This document shows positions 36,686 through 50,583 of a stretch of DNA of 64,000 nucleotides, piece after piece. The notes under the pieces were generated by a model. That model searched no databases and was not told the DNA's origin. It saw nothing but the letters and a program-made list of their open reading frames with translations. The DNA comes from Eledone cirrhosa. Its lineage: Eukaryota. The number at the start of each line of letters is the position of its first letter. Position 1 is the first letter of the stretch. The DNA lies in NCBI GenBank assembly GCA_964016885.1, contig OZ024740.1:154938001-155002000 (forward strand). Direction: 5' to 3'. Position numbers and translations under genes: made by a program.

Positions 36686-36785
36686 GGAGGTTCTTGCTTG
36701 ATAAACAGGTGAGGGCGAAAATCAAAAGTTCAGACACATTATAACCAAGACTCGCCGCAATTGTGATGTAAGAAGTACTTGCTTG

Positions 36786-37421
36786 TTATACTGATAGTTT
36801 CTCCCGTTCCCAGGTGGTAACAAGAGTGGCGTCGAGAGTCGGCTTTATTTGCAGTGTTTTTCGGGGTGGTACTGACTTGAAGATTTCATCATCAACACTA
36901 AAAGCTGGGCTGGATGACAAACTTTCAAGGATTTCTTTCTCAGACATCTTCTTGACTTCTTCATCCTCCATTCTCTTATTTACTTTCATATCGTGAATCT
37001 TCTTTTCCTTCTGAATGGCTTTCACATGTTCTGCATCAATACCAGTCATGAATGAAAACATACCATCTTCCTGATGTGTCTCAAGGAAAGCTTTGTCTTC
37101 AGATGGGACATCCTTTCGTTCGAGAATGTCCTGGCTTACACTGTCAAAAATTTCCTCGATATCACCATTTTAAATTTCACCTTTGTCAGTCATACTTGAT
37201 TTTTTTTTTCAGCCCTTGATATTCTTTATACAATTCCTCGATTGAAGTGCGGATGTTTTTTTTTCTGTTTTTGTAAGGATATATGCTTTTCCCAACACTT
37301 CCTGGATCTTCTGGCTAGTTTCCGAGTTCAATGTGATGATAGAGAAAACACGGAGTCGATCTGAGGTAACTCCTCCTCTAACTTTTTTCTGAAGCAGCCA
37401 AATTGCCTTTCTGATTTCCAT
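36786..37421 (-). pseudogene. Possible DNA-transposase N-terminal remnant (Sola2-like by recollection)
   Basis: Broken ORFs with GKAYILT and VPSEDKAFLE..Q...MTGID; weak motif recognition only. Confidence 0.35.
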
Positions 37422-38055
37422 TTTCTTATTCAGTGTGAAAGATGAAAAGCAAAATCAATCAATGAATTTTATTTTAACGGGCTTTTGTGTTCTTACATTT
37501 TTGGATCCCATTCAGATTATGAAAAGCAAAAGACAAGAAAATTATTTCATAACTTTATAACAACTGGTGGGACTTGATGAAAACCAGCGTGTTTACTACT
37601 TGCTAACAAAATCAACACTGAACCAACAATACAATGAACCTTGCATTAGAAACTGATTTTTATCTTGCTGAATTATAAAAACAAATATAAAAAAGCCCAC
37701 CTCATCAATGTGATACAAAATACTTCTTTGTGCAAACAATGAAAACAAATCACTGACGTAAAATTATTTCTACATACTAGGTTCAAGTTTATGGTTCATT
37801 TCTTTTTCGTTTAGAATTCTATAAACGTATGTATAAAGACAAAAATGGACAAAAATGCAACCTGGCTACAATCAACAAGTGTTGAAGTAATTTTTTTTTT
37901 AATTTTGGAAGAATTGCATTCAGAACGTACTGAACTGTGCAACCTCTAAACCTATCTGTATCTCCTTGTATTTTCGTCTGTGTAGCTTTTATGTAAAACT
38001 GAGTGAGGTCGTAATCGACATGAAGTGATTTCAACTAAAATCATTTTCCTTATAA

Positions 38056-38416
38056 CAGACCTGTCAACTCACCCCGTCCGACGGGGAGATCTCCCCGTTT
38101 TGGCTCATTTCTCCCCATCTTCCCGTTTTTGTCAAAATGGGTATAGCTTTCATTATGTAAAAATTGGCAGTATCGGTAGAGGGTTGGACGCCCTGCTTTC
38201 TAGCCTAGTTACGTCCCTTTACAGTCTGAGCTCAAATCCCGCCGAGGTTAACTTAGCCGTTCATCCTTACGGGGGTTGATAAAATAAAGTACCAGTAATG
38301 TACTGGGTAATTGCTGGCCTTGTGCCTAAAGTAGAAACAATTATGTAAAATCTTCCCATGGGGCACTTTTTTTCATGGTCACTCCTCGTTTAGGTTTGTA
38401 GGAGTTGCCATGTCTG
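38056..38416. mobile_element. MITE with ~15-bp TIRs, TTATAA flanks and a nested SINE
   Basis: CAGACCTGTCAACTC / GAGTTGCCATGTCTG; TTATAA on both sides. Confidence 0.65.
38164..38345 (+). mobile_element. SINE family A with TSD ATTATGTAAAA
   Basis: 11-bp direct repeat at ~38152 and ~38340. Confidence 0.85.
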
Positions 38417-39419
38417 TTATAAATATGAAGCACCCTAATATATATAAATATATATATATATACTAGCTGAGCTACCCGGTGATATTTTATGAAAGTTACA
38501 ATATATTTGTCATACATTACAAAATATTTGACCAGTCAAATATGATTGCTGAATTTTAACCAAAGTAGGAATTATAGCAGAATATTTATTGCCGTTTGGT
38601 CAAAGTAAATCATCTAGATAAAAATATTAGTTTTTTCCAGTGGTGATTTTTTTAAATATTACAGTCAGCATATATAATGCTTTACTCATAGATGAATCAT
38701 TAGGTATGTTGTCAGTGAAAAAGGCATGACCAAAAAAATACATTTAGATTTTTTTTATTTATCCTTTTCTTTATTTCTTTTTTCTTTTTTTTTTTGTTCA
38801 ATCTGAACTTCTGAAATTCAAACAACATGTAAAGACTATTTTTAAAACCATAAATAAAATAAGAAAATAAATTTAGCATTGGTTTATGATTGAATGAAGC
38901 ATTTACTTACTCATTTCTGTAATTCGGGGAAAGTGTATTTAAATTTATAGACTGTAGCTTTCACCAATCTTTGCCTCTATGGCAGTAGGATCTTGTTTGA
39001 AGGAGATTTGTTTTCTATTTCTATTAGCTATACCAACAGTTATAGTGGCTCACATGACATGCATAGATACATACACACACATGTATGTGTGTAAGACAGT
39101 TGTTTGTGATTTGAAATGGATTTTGCTAATATTTCTAGTAGATCAAGTTATCACATAGAACCATTCCTTTTTGCTTCATACATATATACATACCTGAGAA
39201 AGTAAGGTGGGATTTCAAGAAAGTTTGGCTGCTATTTCTACCCAACAAAGTCCTCACTTATACTACTTTATATAGAGAGGTACCCGGGAATGCCTGCATA
39301 TTCTTCCAAAGTAACACCATGCAGTAAATTTGTGGCTTCAGAATTCCTTGCAAACTACATGACTAAGGGATTAGGATCTGTGTGTAGTCATTGAATGAGG
39401 TATTACGACATTGCTCATT

Positions 39420-42400
39420 CCAAAGCCTCTGGATAAACAACATTCTTGGTTTTGCCCTGTGGTGCAACAATAAAGAGACAATCAGGGTTCCCAACCCTTG
39501 TTGTGCCAACATAGAGTTGACCATGTGAAAAGACAGGATCTGCCAGATTCAACCCAACGACTTTCAATGATTACCCTTGAGATTTATTAATGGTCATGGC
39601 AAAACTGAGCCTGATCGGAAATTGAAGTCTTTGAAATTCAAATGGCAAATCAGTTGGCTTCAGAGGTATTCTGGGAATGAAACAATTGTCACTAGCAAAT
39701 TTTCCTGACATGATTGCAACTTCTAGAACATTGGACATCATATTTTTGATGATGAGTCTTGTGCCATTACAAAGTTTTGGAGGATCCAGATTGCGAAGTA
39801 GCATAACCGATTCTCCAAGCTTCAGTATAAGGTTGTGTGGAGGAATTCCTGCTCGTTCAAGACTGTTCAAAAATTCAGTTGGATAGTTTACAACCTGGTT
39901 TTAAGAAGTGATTGTGTCAACTGATTTGTAGGATATTTTCTCTCCCGGTAAAATCTCCAGCAGCCTTCTGTTGATTTCTTTCACAGCAACATTTTTAGGT
40001 GCTAAGATTGCTCGTTCACAGAGACATTTCAGATCACATTGCCTGGTCTGAATGTTTGGAAACACTCTGGCAATCAGTTCTTGTTCTGTGTCAATGATAT
40101 GGCCAAATGACAACTGAATATGGTCATTGGAGTCTTTTTCAAGAAGTCCATTTCCCAATTTAAGTAGTTGGATGGCAAACTCACTGACACCTTCGTCACC
40201 AGTTAAGTGCACTCGCGTGTTGGTTGTAAGGCTCAGCAGCTGAAAGCGGGGCCAGAGATAGGATGTTTTCAGACAGGCATTGACCTGATCAGCTCGAGTC
40301 CCTTGAAGAATTACAGACAGAGTTTGTCTGAAATCACCAGCAAGAACCATTGTCACTCCTCCCATTATGCAACTATTTTCTCTCAGATCCATTATCATCC
40401 GGTCCAAAGCTTCAATTGCTCCTTTATGGCTCATAGTAGCTTCATCCCAAATTATCATCTTGCATGTTTGCAGAAGCTTGGCCTTGAGTGAGTTCTTCTT
40501 GATGTTGTAAAAAGATTGTTCATGCTGTGTGAGATCTATGGGCAGCTTAAACATGGAGTGTGCAGTTCTTCCTCCATCCAGAAGTGTTGCTGTAATGCCA
40601 CTTGAAGCCACAGCAAGGGCAATATGTTGCTTTTGGCGAACTTTTGCAAGCAGGAGGTTTATGAGGAATGTCTTGCCTGTGCCAGCAGGAGCATCGATGA
40701 AGAAAAGTCCTCCCCTGTCATTTTGAATGTTTTCAATGATGTTGTGGTAGGCGTATTTCTGGTCATCCATCAATCAAGGTTCATTTTCATCCACAAACTT
40801 ACGCAATGCTTGAATATCGTAGTTTGTCTCCTGAAAAATGTCTTGTGCTACCTCCATTTCTTCATCTGGCTCTGGCATCCCTCAGTTAGCTAATGTGCTA
40901 TTCATTGCCTGAATTCGATGGGACAGGTCACAGAGAGCTTGATTGTAAATCTTGGGGGTATATTCCATATACATATTGCTATATACATATTGTCTTCGGG
41001 CTAGGTGTAGATAGTCGTCCGACATATTGTTTTTGTACTCCTGCCAGAGTAGATGAGCTTCATCAATTCCACATGCTATGAGCATAATAGCAAATAATTG
41101 TCTTATTTGACTGGCTACTTGAGTGATTGCTGCTTCTTTTAGGTACTTCTTCCAGTGTCCATTGTCATGCAGGAGTCCATGCTGTTTAGATGCTTCTTGG
41201 TATGTTGCGCACTCCCTTCCTCTGAAGCACCTAAGATCCTCAAATGACGTTGGTCCTCGAACAGTATGCAGAAGTAGCTGTAAATAAAAACACTCTCTGT
41301 TGTTGGGATGGACATTGTAAACACGCCCAATAACATCACTTGACTTGACTTCATGACCTACTACTAAATGACCCTGCTTTCTTCGATTCCAGGTCTTGCA
41401 ATTGGTCCAGGTGTAGTATGTTGGGGCTTCAGCATATAGGAGGGATCGAGCAAATTCATCATTCTGGCAGAGTTTAAAGAAAGCAGTTAGTGTAGTATCA
41501 TGTGATGCTTGTGCCAACTGATGAGCAGTGATCTCAGTGAAGTACACTCTCTGTCCATTTTCCAGATGGACTGAGAGGTTGACCACTGTTGGGTGGTGTT
41601 GGTGGATATCAAATCGAAAGATTCGCCAGATAGCTTCATTGCTGGAGATGTATCAACCTGTTTGATACCGTTTGACCTCATCCAGCCAACCATCATTGAG
41701 TTCTTTGTCAGTAATAAAGGTAGCCATGTCTCTTCCCTTGTTGATATATTTTGTGACATATAGGATTGCCTTGACAGAGCTGCAATACTCAACATTGATA
41801 TGAGCTTTTAAAAGTTTACACAACAATTTTTTGTGTGGGACAACCCACTGATTGTTTATGGTCAGCTCCTCTCCTCGAACTGTTAGGCTTGCAGTATTGC
41901 CTCCATGTTCTGGTCTACGCCTACGATAAAGGGGGTATCCATTATTGTCAGTCCGAGTTTCCCGAATAAAAGCTCTAGGATAATGTTTGCTGCATTTTTT
42001 ATCTTTCATGCAGGGAGAGGCTGGATTGATGACTCCACATGGACCATGAATGAGTTTGGACTTGATGGTTTCAAAGAGCTCTGGATCACCACTTTTATCA
42101 GGCAACTCTGCTGAAATGATCTTATCAACATCAATTGGTCTTATCTTCTCCTTGCATCAGATTAGTGTGTGAGAGTGAAGAAGACCTCTCTTCTGCCACT
42201 CAATAGTGGTCATCCAAGCACTAATCTCACCAAAGATTCTTCCTTCTTTTAGGAGCCAGATGAGTTGTTTTTTTGCTTTTCATGGGAAACCCGAACAATG
42301 AGGTAATGTCGATCCTTTGGTTTTTGATTTTGAAATAATTCATTTGATATTTCTGACCAGTTTGAATTGCATGTAAATGTAATGAAGAGATCTGGCCGAC

Positions 42401-43842
42401 CAAATTTTCTGACATAGGCCATTGCATCTTGCGTACGTTCATGCATGTAACGTGGTCCTCCCGTGAAGCTTGATGGTAGTATGACTGGCTGGCCAATATT
42501 TCTTGGGTCAACATCAGAATTGATGGCATCTCTAAGGTGGATGAAGTTATCTGCCCTCAACTTAGTTTGATTCCTTCGCAGAAAACCCAATCTTTCTGTT
42601 TCAATTTTGGCATACATGTCCACCATGAACTGGCTGGTTACTTCTTTGAATCACAGAACTTGGTTGAAGGGATCACGTACCATGAAATGATAAGCATAGA
42701 ATTCTTTGCAGCTGATTGATCGGCCAGTTTCTTGTCCCGTTCCAGGGCTGATATGCCGTAGCTGAAAATGATATCCATCTTGACCATTCCAAAAGATGAG
42801 TGGAAATTGGGGGGAATCATAGTCTCTATGAGCTTCACAAATTCGCTCCAAATGTCCACTTTGTTTTTGCAAAACAATGTCACGTCGTTCATGCTGTTCA
42901 TCAACCATTATGATTGTAACTTCATCAGTGACAGGTGCATTGAATCTGCATTCATGTTCTGAAGCTGGGCGTTTGTCTGCCCTAATGATGATTTTACGAT
43001 CTTTGGTGTTGTTCATATGCTCCAGTGCATATTTAAATACACTGGCGTACATGTGATGTTGGTGAAGCATTTCTTGTAACTTTATGACTATGTAGAATTG
43101 CAATCCACCATGGACATTGGTATATCTTTGTTGTGCCTGTGTTTCATTTCTACCCATGAAGTAAACCTGCACAAATTTGTGAGGGTCCTGTGAAAGTGGC
43201 AGAAGGCCACCCATTAAGTGGTAACACTGTCCCTGAATTTTATAAGTTGTACAGAATCTAAAGTCAGTCACATTCCTGTCAGCCCCAAAAGATGTCATTT
43301 GAAAGGCAGAATTATATTTTATGATGTATTTATTGAAGTGTCGTGCTTCTGGTGTATGCTGAATAAGCAGATTCTTCAGAAATTCAGTAGGTTCTTGTAT
43401 TGTCTTAAGGCTCACTTTGCCTTTTGAGCAGCATAGACTTGGTGTTTCTGCTGCCCACTTCTTGGCACCACAATACTGGCAGCATTTGTTCATTTTCCCA
43501 ATGTTGATTTGTGGATTACTGCTGTAGTCCTTTTGGGGGTCATAAGAAAAAGCACCCATCAACCAGTTCATTTTACTTGTGGCTTGTTCTCCTGCTCGAG
43601 TAGAATGATGTGCTTGATTAGCATTTCGTCTGATTTGCTGCTGTTCTTTAATTTGTTGTTCTCGTGTAGCAGCAGTCCTTTGTTCCCTTTCATCCAAACA
43701 ATGTGCGTGTGCTAAAGCTGTTTGGGCTCTGTTAGCAGCTAGACGGACATGCCAAACTTCTTCACTTTCTTCAGATCGCTGTGTTTTCTTTCTCTTAGCC
43801 TCTGAAGATGACCTTCCATGATCTGGAACGTTTTCTAGGCAT
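39420..43842 (-). pseudogene. Helitron RepHel (HUH Rep + Pif1-family helicase), multiple frameshifts and stops
   Basis: FITFTCN, EWQKRGLLHSH, YVTKYINKG, VHLENGQ, DAPAGTGKT, IIWDEATM, GDFRQ, LCNGTRL, FAMTINKSQG, FSHGQLYV. Confidence 0.95.
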
Positions 43843-43867
43843 TTGAAGTGATATTATTACACAGGTG

Positions 43868-44140
43868 CATTGGCAGTATCGGTAGAGGGTCGGACGCCAT
43901 GCTTTCCAGCATAGTTACATCCCTTTACGATCTGAGTTCAAATCCCGCCGAGGTTGACTTTGCCTTTCATCCTTACGGGGTCGATAAAATAAAGTACCAG
44001 TAATGCACTGGGTAATTGCTGGCCTTGTGCCTAAAGTAGAGACAATTATTACACACCACACGATAAAATAAAGTACCAGTAATGCACTGGAATAATTGCT
44101 GGCCTTGTGCCAAAAGTAGAAACAATTATTACACACCACA
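43868..44140 (+). mobile_element. SINE family A with duplicated 3' half, inside the Helitron
   Basis: TSD-like ATTATTACACA; 3' segment repeated at 44062-44140. Confidence 0.85.
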
Positions 44141-44599
44141 CTCTTTCCGGAATAGAAACAACTATAGAATGTATTGTTCACTCAGTAAAGTTGTTTTAAA
44201 TGATCTCTTTATATGAATGTATATTAGGTGTAATTAATTTTAGACATATGTAGAAAATATTGGGATTTCAGGTTGTATTCTGAAATTATCATTTTTTATC
44301 CAACTCCCCCCCCCCCCCCCAAAAAAAAACGACAAACACTACAAAAAAAAAAATATTTTCTGTGTTAATTCAAATAACAGCGGAAAATAATATATTCAAA
44401 TAATACTTTTAAAAATACTGTTTTTTTTTTTTTGTCTGTTAAATACATATATACAACTTCTATAAAAGCATCTGTGATTTCTGTAGTAGAAAATAAGCTT
44501 TGATGGTAACATATATCGTCTGCTAAAGAACGCCCCCCCCCCCCCTAACACACATATGCGTGTGTAAATATATATATAAACGTGGACACACGTTAGGTA

Positions 44600-45290
44600 A
44601 AGAATCCCTCCAATCACCCTCCCTCTCTCCTACCTCTTTACTTTTTTTTCTCTCTCCCATCTTTTCTCTTTTCTTATTGTCTTTCTCTCCCCATCCGCCT
44701 CACTCCATTTCTCTTTCTCATCTCCTCTCTTTCTTTCTCTCTCTCATCCTCTACAGAATAACGAACAAAAAATAAATAAAAGGTAAATAACATTGGGAGA
44801 GTTAAGAAGTATGTAAAAATAACAAATAAATAAAAGTTAATGAACGCTGGCTACTTTCCCTCTCTCTCTCTCCCATCCCATTACTCTCTCTCTTTTTTTT
44901 TCTCTCTCACATCCCCCCTCTCTCTACAGAATAGAGAACAAAAAATAAAGAAAAGATAAATAACGTTAAGGAAGCGGGAGAGTTAAAAAGTGTGTAAAAA
45001 TAATAAATAAATAAAAGTTAATAACGCTCTTTCATCGTCTTTCTCTCTCATCCCTTTACTCTTTTTCTTTCTCTCTCACATCCCCTTACTCTCTCTCTCT
45101 CCCATCTCCCACTCTCTTTCTCTCTCATCCCTTACTCTCTTTCTTTCTCTCTCACATCCCCTTTCTCTCTCCCATCCACTCACTCTCTCTCTTTCTCTCT
45201 CATCCCCTTACTCTCTCTCCCATCTCCCACTCTCTCTCTCTTTCTCTCTCATCCCTTACTCTCTTATCTACAGATTGAAGAACACAAAAA
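44600..45290. repeat. CT-rich minisatellite/tandem repeats in the Helitron 5' region
   Basis: Repeated CATCCCCTTACTCTCTCT units and duplicated CTCTACAGAATA...AAATAACG blocks. Confidence 0.8.
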
Positions 45291-45485
45291 AACAAAATGG
45301 ATGATCTCTTTTGATATTCATTAGAAATTAAGCTAAATTGAATTTAAATGAATTCCTTGCATTGCAAAGTAAAACTTTTTCGACCGTTACCTGTCCAAGT
45401 GTATAATGAATATGTACATGTAATTTTGAGGAGTTTGGTCCGGTAGTTTTCTAGTTTTAGGCGGACACACAGAATCGTAAATTTG

Positions 45486-45513
<28 letters not shown>

Positions 45514-45516
<3 letters not shown>

Positions 45517-47969
45517 TCGTACAAGGTAGAGGAACAGTGGGAATTCCTGAAAGCAAACCTGCTGACGGCGACAGACGAAGTCTGAGGCTGGAGCAGGCCT
45601 GTAGGCAGGAGGAGAGTAACATGGTGGTGGAACAGTAAGGTGGAGGGGTCAATTAAGGCCAAAAAGCAGGCTTGGAAAGTATGGCGGGATGGGGGAAGCA
45701 GAGAAGACTATCAAGTGGCTAGGAGACAAGTGTACTTTGCAAGAAGGGAAGCAGAGGAAAGAAAGTTCAAGCATGTTCTACAACGTGAGGACCAAAAACG
45801 TGAGGTGTTCAGGATTGCCAGGCAATGTGTCAAGGAAAACAGTGATATTGTCGGGGAGAAGTGTGTACTTAACGATGACGGCGTACTTGCCATCACCGAC
45901 GCCGATAAGAAGGTAGCTTGGAAGTGTCACTATGAAAGGCTACTCAATGAGGAGAATAAATGGGAGAAAGACAGTCTGCCCCACATCGACCCAATAGAGG
46001 GACCAGCAGTGTTAGTCGAGGGTAGTAAAATAAGTAAGGCAATCAAAGATATGAAGACAGGCAAGGCGGCTGGGCCTTCGGAAATAGTTGCCGAGATGCT
46101 GAAGGCATCTGGTACGGTGGGACACACCATGGTCACCCGGATAGTCAACCAAGTCATACAGAATGGGGTTGTTCCGAAGGACTGGCGTAGCAGCATTATC
46201 GTTAACTGTTATAAGGGTAAAGGAGATGCCCTAGATAGGAGTAACTATAGAGGCATTAAATTAATCGACCAGGTCATGAAGGTCACGGAAAAAGTAATAG
46301 CGCAACTAATCAGAGAGCGAATTGATCTAGATGAAATGCAGTTCGGGTTTGTGTCAGGAAAAAGTACCACAGACGCTCTTTTCATTGTACGACAACTACA
46401 GGAGAAGTACCTATCTAAAAGTAAACCCCTATACTTAGCTTTCGTCGACTTGGAGAAGGCCTTCGACAGAGTCCCCCGTTCCATTATCTGGTGGGCTCTT
46501 AGAAAACTAGGTGTCGATGAATGGCTTGTGAGAGCTATACAAGCCATGTATAAAGAAACAGTCAGCAAGGTTAGAATTAACAACGAATATAGTGAAGAGT
46601 TTAGTGTAAAAGTTGGTGTTCATCAGGGCTCTGTTCTTAGCCCCCTACTATTTATTATTGCCCTCCAGGCTATAACAGTGGAGTTCAAGACCGGCTGCCC
46701 ATGGGAACTCCTATACGCAGATGATCTAACGCTCATAGCTGAATCAATGGCCGAGCTAGAGAAGAAATTCCAAACTTGGAAGCACGGGCTAGAATCAAAA
46801 GGCCTTAAAATTAACCTGGCTAAGACTAAAGTTCTAGTTTGTAAGAAAGAAAATAAGGTGGCGGTCCCCTCCGGGAAGTGGCCATGCGCAGAGTGTAGGA
46901 AAGGCATAGGTAGAAATTCCATTTTGTGTCCCAAATGCAAAGTTTGGGTTCATAAAAGATGTAGTGGGATCACAGGTAAGCTAACTAAGAACATAGATTT
47001 TACATGTGGCCGGTGTTCTGGGGCAATAAGTAGCAGCAAGTGCCCACAAAATACTAGCTCTTTCAACTGCGCAGAGGGTTCTATAGAAATAGTGGACAGC
47101 TTCCGTTACCTGGGTGACAAAATCAGCAGTGGGGAGGGTGCTCTGAAAGTACAGTAGCTAGAGTCAGAACTGGGTGGAAAAGTTCAGAGAGCTTATACCA
47201 CTATTAGCCGCTAAAGGGTTCTCCCTAAAAATGAAAGGCAGGTTGTACGATGCCTGCATACGAACAGCAATGTTGCATAGCAGTGAGACCTGGGCATTGT
47301 GTGCAGAGGATATACGCAGACTAGAGAGAAACGAAGCTTGCATGCTCCGCTGGATGTGTAATAGTAATATACGTGAACGACAAAGCATAAACGAACTAAG
47401 GAAAAAATTAGAAATAAGAGGGATCAGATGTTGTTTACTAGAGAGAAGGCTACGTTGGTATGGTCACGTGATGCGCATGAAGGACGATAGTTGTATAACA
47501 AAGTGCAGGGCAATAAAGATAGACGGTAGCCACGGAATAGGCAGACCCAGAAAAACCTGGGACGAGCTGATAAACTCCGACCTCACACAGTTACACCTCA
47601 CCAAGACAATGTCACTGGACCGAGACCTTTGGCGGTACTCAGTAATAGAGAAGACCCGCCTTACCTAAATACAAAGTAAAACCTACTACAGTCAGTAGGC
47701 ATCTCTAACAAAATACACCCCCGTCCCACCACCCCCACCCCATCCACACCGCCCCCTCTATGTAAAGTTATGTTGGTGCCACACCATCCAGGCCGAAACA
47801 AATGAGATCGTGTAGGTGTCACGACAAAAAAACACACAGTCCACGCTGTAATGTGGCCATGTAGGCAACACGGTAAAAACATCCCAGACCCACACTGTAA
47901 ATGTGGTTGGTGTTAGGAAGGGCATCCAACTGTAGAAAACCTGCCAGACAGTCCTATGCGAGCAAGACA
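45514..47969 (+). mobile_element. RTE LINE, 5'-truncated, RT + PHD; close relative of 14375-16580
   Basis: ORFs 45640-47157 and 47174-47668; 3' UTR cut at 47970. Confidence 0.92.
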
Positions 47970-49128
47970 AGGTTTTTTTTCATATATGAGTGAAGTTTGG
48001 TTGATTGATGCAGTCACGTGAATAAGCACACCAGCTTTCGCGCCAGTTTATTTGAATTTCTTTTTACTTAAAAACAGAATGACAGTTCATCGCCAACAAT
48101 TACGAGATCCAACCACAAGACAGATACCACTAAGTGCACATCTAGACATATGCGCAAGTAATAAGACACCCAAATTCCAAGTCTTCCCATTTTACCTTTG
48201 CGCTGACAATACAACAGAACAAATACGAATAAATAAGGAAAATATGTTTATTCAAAAATATAGACCAGCATTAAATATAGTTTAATATACATTATGTCAA
48301 CACCATAACATGCTAACCATCCAAACAGACACATACACACACATAACACCTTCTACTTTAGAAAATAAAAACCCGAACTAAATAAACCTTAACATACGTT
48401 TGCGCTGACAATACAACAGAACAAATACGAATAAATAAGGAAAATATGTTTCTACTAACGGAATCATTTTTCTACACACACACACACAAAATATATATAT
48501 TCTCTTCACCTTAACATGCTAACCATACTCCCACACACACACAACTCCCTCCCCCATTTCTACTAATAGAATCACTTTCCTACATACATCCACACACAAA
48601 ATATATATATTCTCTCTATCTTAACATACTCCCACACACACACATAACACCCATACACACACACACAACTCCCTCCCCCATTTCTACTAATAGAATCATC
48701 TTCCTATACACACACACACACAAATAAACATACATATCTCTACTTTCTTTATTTCAATAGAAAGTCTGAATTCTGACACCCCAGCGAACCAGCCATATTC
48801 ACTGAACCAGAACAATTCTCCCCATCCCATTTCTATTGACCATTATCTTTTGTTTGTCATAAAATTCTCTAAAAGGCTACAAAAAAAATTCCCAAATACG
48901 GGCACGAAATTTAATGAACTTGTCATAATTTAATGAACTTGTCGAAATTTAATGAACAATCATTTATAACCAATCAAATTACATTTATAAAAAAAAGCCT
49001 TTGTGAGCCACTTTTTTTTTTTTTTTAAAGTAAAAAGAAATTCAAACAAACTGGTGCGAAAGCTGATGTGCTTATTCACGTGACTGCTTCAACCAACCAA
49101 ACTTCACTCATATATGAAAAAACAACCT
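47970..49128. mobile_element. Non-autonomous DNA element with ~80-bp TIRs and internal tandem repeats
   Basis: AGGTTTTTTTTCATATATGAGTGAAGTTTGGTTG...CCAGTTT (47970-48049) is inverted at 49048-49128. Confidence 0.8.
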
Positions 49129-49494
49129 GAGCCCCCCCCCCCCCCCCCCCCCTTGTTTGAAGAACTTTGTAACGCGAACTGGCGCGAAATTTATTATACT
49201 TATTCACCAACCAATCAAATTACTTCTCTAAAAACCTGGCGTTTCGAGCCACTTTTTTCCATATAAAACAAGTAACATTCAAAGACCAACCAGATGTGAG
49301 AAAAACCACAGACCCTCCATCTCAACTCTACTTTTGAAAAGCAGAAGAACTGCGAAACCGGTAAAGGAACCAAATAAATATATACATATATTTTTAAATA
49401 AGACTCCAGTTGCATTTTCGATTTCATCTTTTTTCCTTATACTTTCACTCGTGTAGGACACCTCGGTTATTTTGTGTTTTGTAAAAAAACCTCA

Positions 49495-49581
<87 letters not shown>

Positions 49582-50190
49582 GTCAGGTCACCAGTTGGTG
49601 CTACTGGTAACATGTATCCCAGTACAACCTGTCTCATGGTCGGGTCGTTGGCGACTAAACTGGCAACCCCACCAAGGTTTCTTGGTGAGGAGGGTGACTT
49701 TGGACATCCTGCAGGACTAAAAACAAAACCTGTCAAAGGGCAAAGGAGCTCTTAAGAGTCAATGGCCATCCAAAATCACCGGGAGAGATGACCCCTTAGC
49801 CTTTGTCAAGGCAGAATTCTAGGAGAAGGAAAACTCTGATATAACACCTGCAACCCTGATGGTATCCAATGATGTTGACTTGTTCTTCTTTTTGGTAAAT
49901 ATCATCTTGGTTAAGAGAGTGGGACTGGCTTTGTGCAGTGCCTTTGCTCACTATAAAAGCTTCACGGCACAGGCATTGCTTTATATCTGGAGATCTCTCT
50001 GCACTTGTCGTCACATGGTACCATGGGCCCAGCACTATGTGTCAGTAATTGTCACAAGTGTAGTGTTTGTACCAGAGTTTTCAAGTCGCTGGCTGGACTA
50101 AAAAGTCACACTCGTTCAGCGCATCGGTAGGGGTTCTCCTACATGGATATAAAGTAGTGGCCGTACTCGAAAACGAGTTGGCAGCCACCA
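49582..50190 (+). mobile_element. Probable internally deleted RTE-type element (5' UTR-like part + 3' end with C2H2 finger)
   Basis: HKCSVCTRVFKSLAGLKSHTRSAHR at ~50053-50127; flanked by (TA)n. Confidence 0.45.
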
Positions 50191-50217
50191 TATATATATA
50201 TATATATATATATATAA

Positions 50218-50551
50218 TGGAGGCACATGGCTTAGTGGTTAGAGCATTGGCCTTGCAATCGAAAGGTTGTGAGTTCAATTCTCAGACCAGGTGATGTGTT
50301 GTTTCCTTGAGCAAAACACTTTATTTCATATTGCTCCAGTTTACTCAGCTGTAGAAATGAGATGATAGGGACTGGGGTCCATATCATTCCACAGCAAAGT
50401 GGTCGTGGAGGTGCCACGGCAAAAAAACACCCAGCACTCACTGTAAATGAGGTTGGTGTTAGGAAGGGCATCCAACTGTAGAAATCAAGCCAGTATCAGT
50501 TCCCGTCCCACCCTTGTAAGCAGCGAAAAGCGGACGTAAAATTATGATATG

Positions 50552-50552
<1 letters not shown>
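50218..50552 (+). mobile_element. SINE family B with RTE-derived 3' tail
   Basis: tRNA head + CORE-like block + CACTGTAAATGAGGTTGGTGTTAGGAAGGGCATCC shared with the RTE 3' UTR. Confidence 0.8.

Positions 50553-50583
<31 letters not shown>

Larger units (their letters stand above)
38463..45501 (-). mobile_element. Helitron, approximately full length (~7 kb), non-functional
   Basis: 5' TCTATATATAT... near 45501; 3' ...CCGGGTAGCTCAGCTAG|T at 38463; internal RepHel pseudogene; ends inferred from motifs. Confidence 0.75.

Noticed and set aside
44600-45290. CRISPR-like or coding array
   Set aside because: Low-complexity CT minisatellite with no unique spacers, in eukaryotic context
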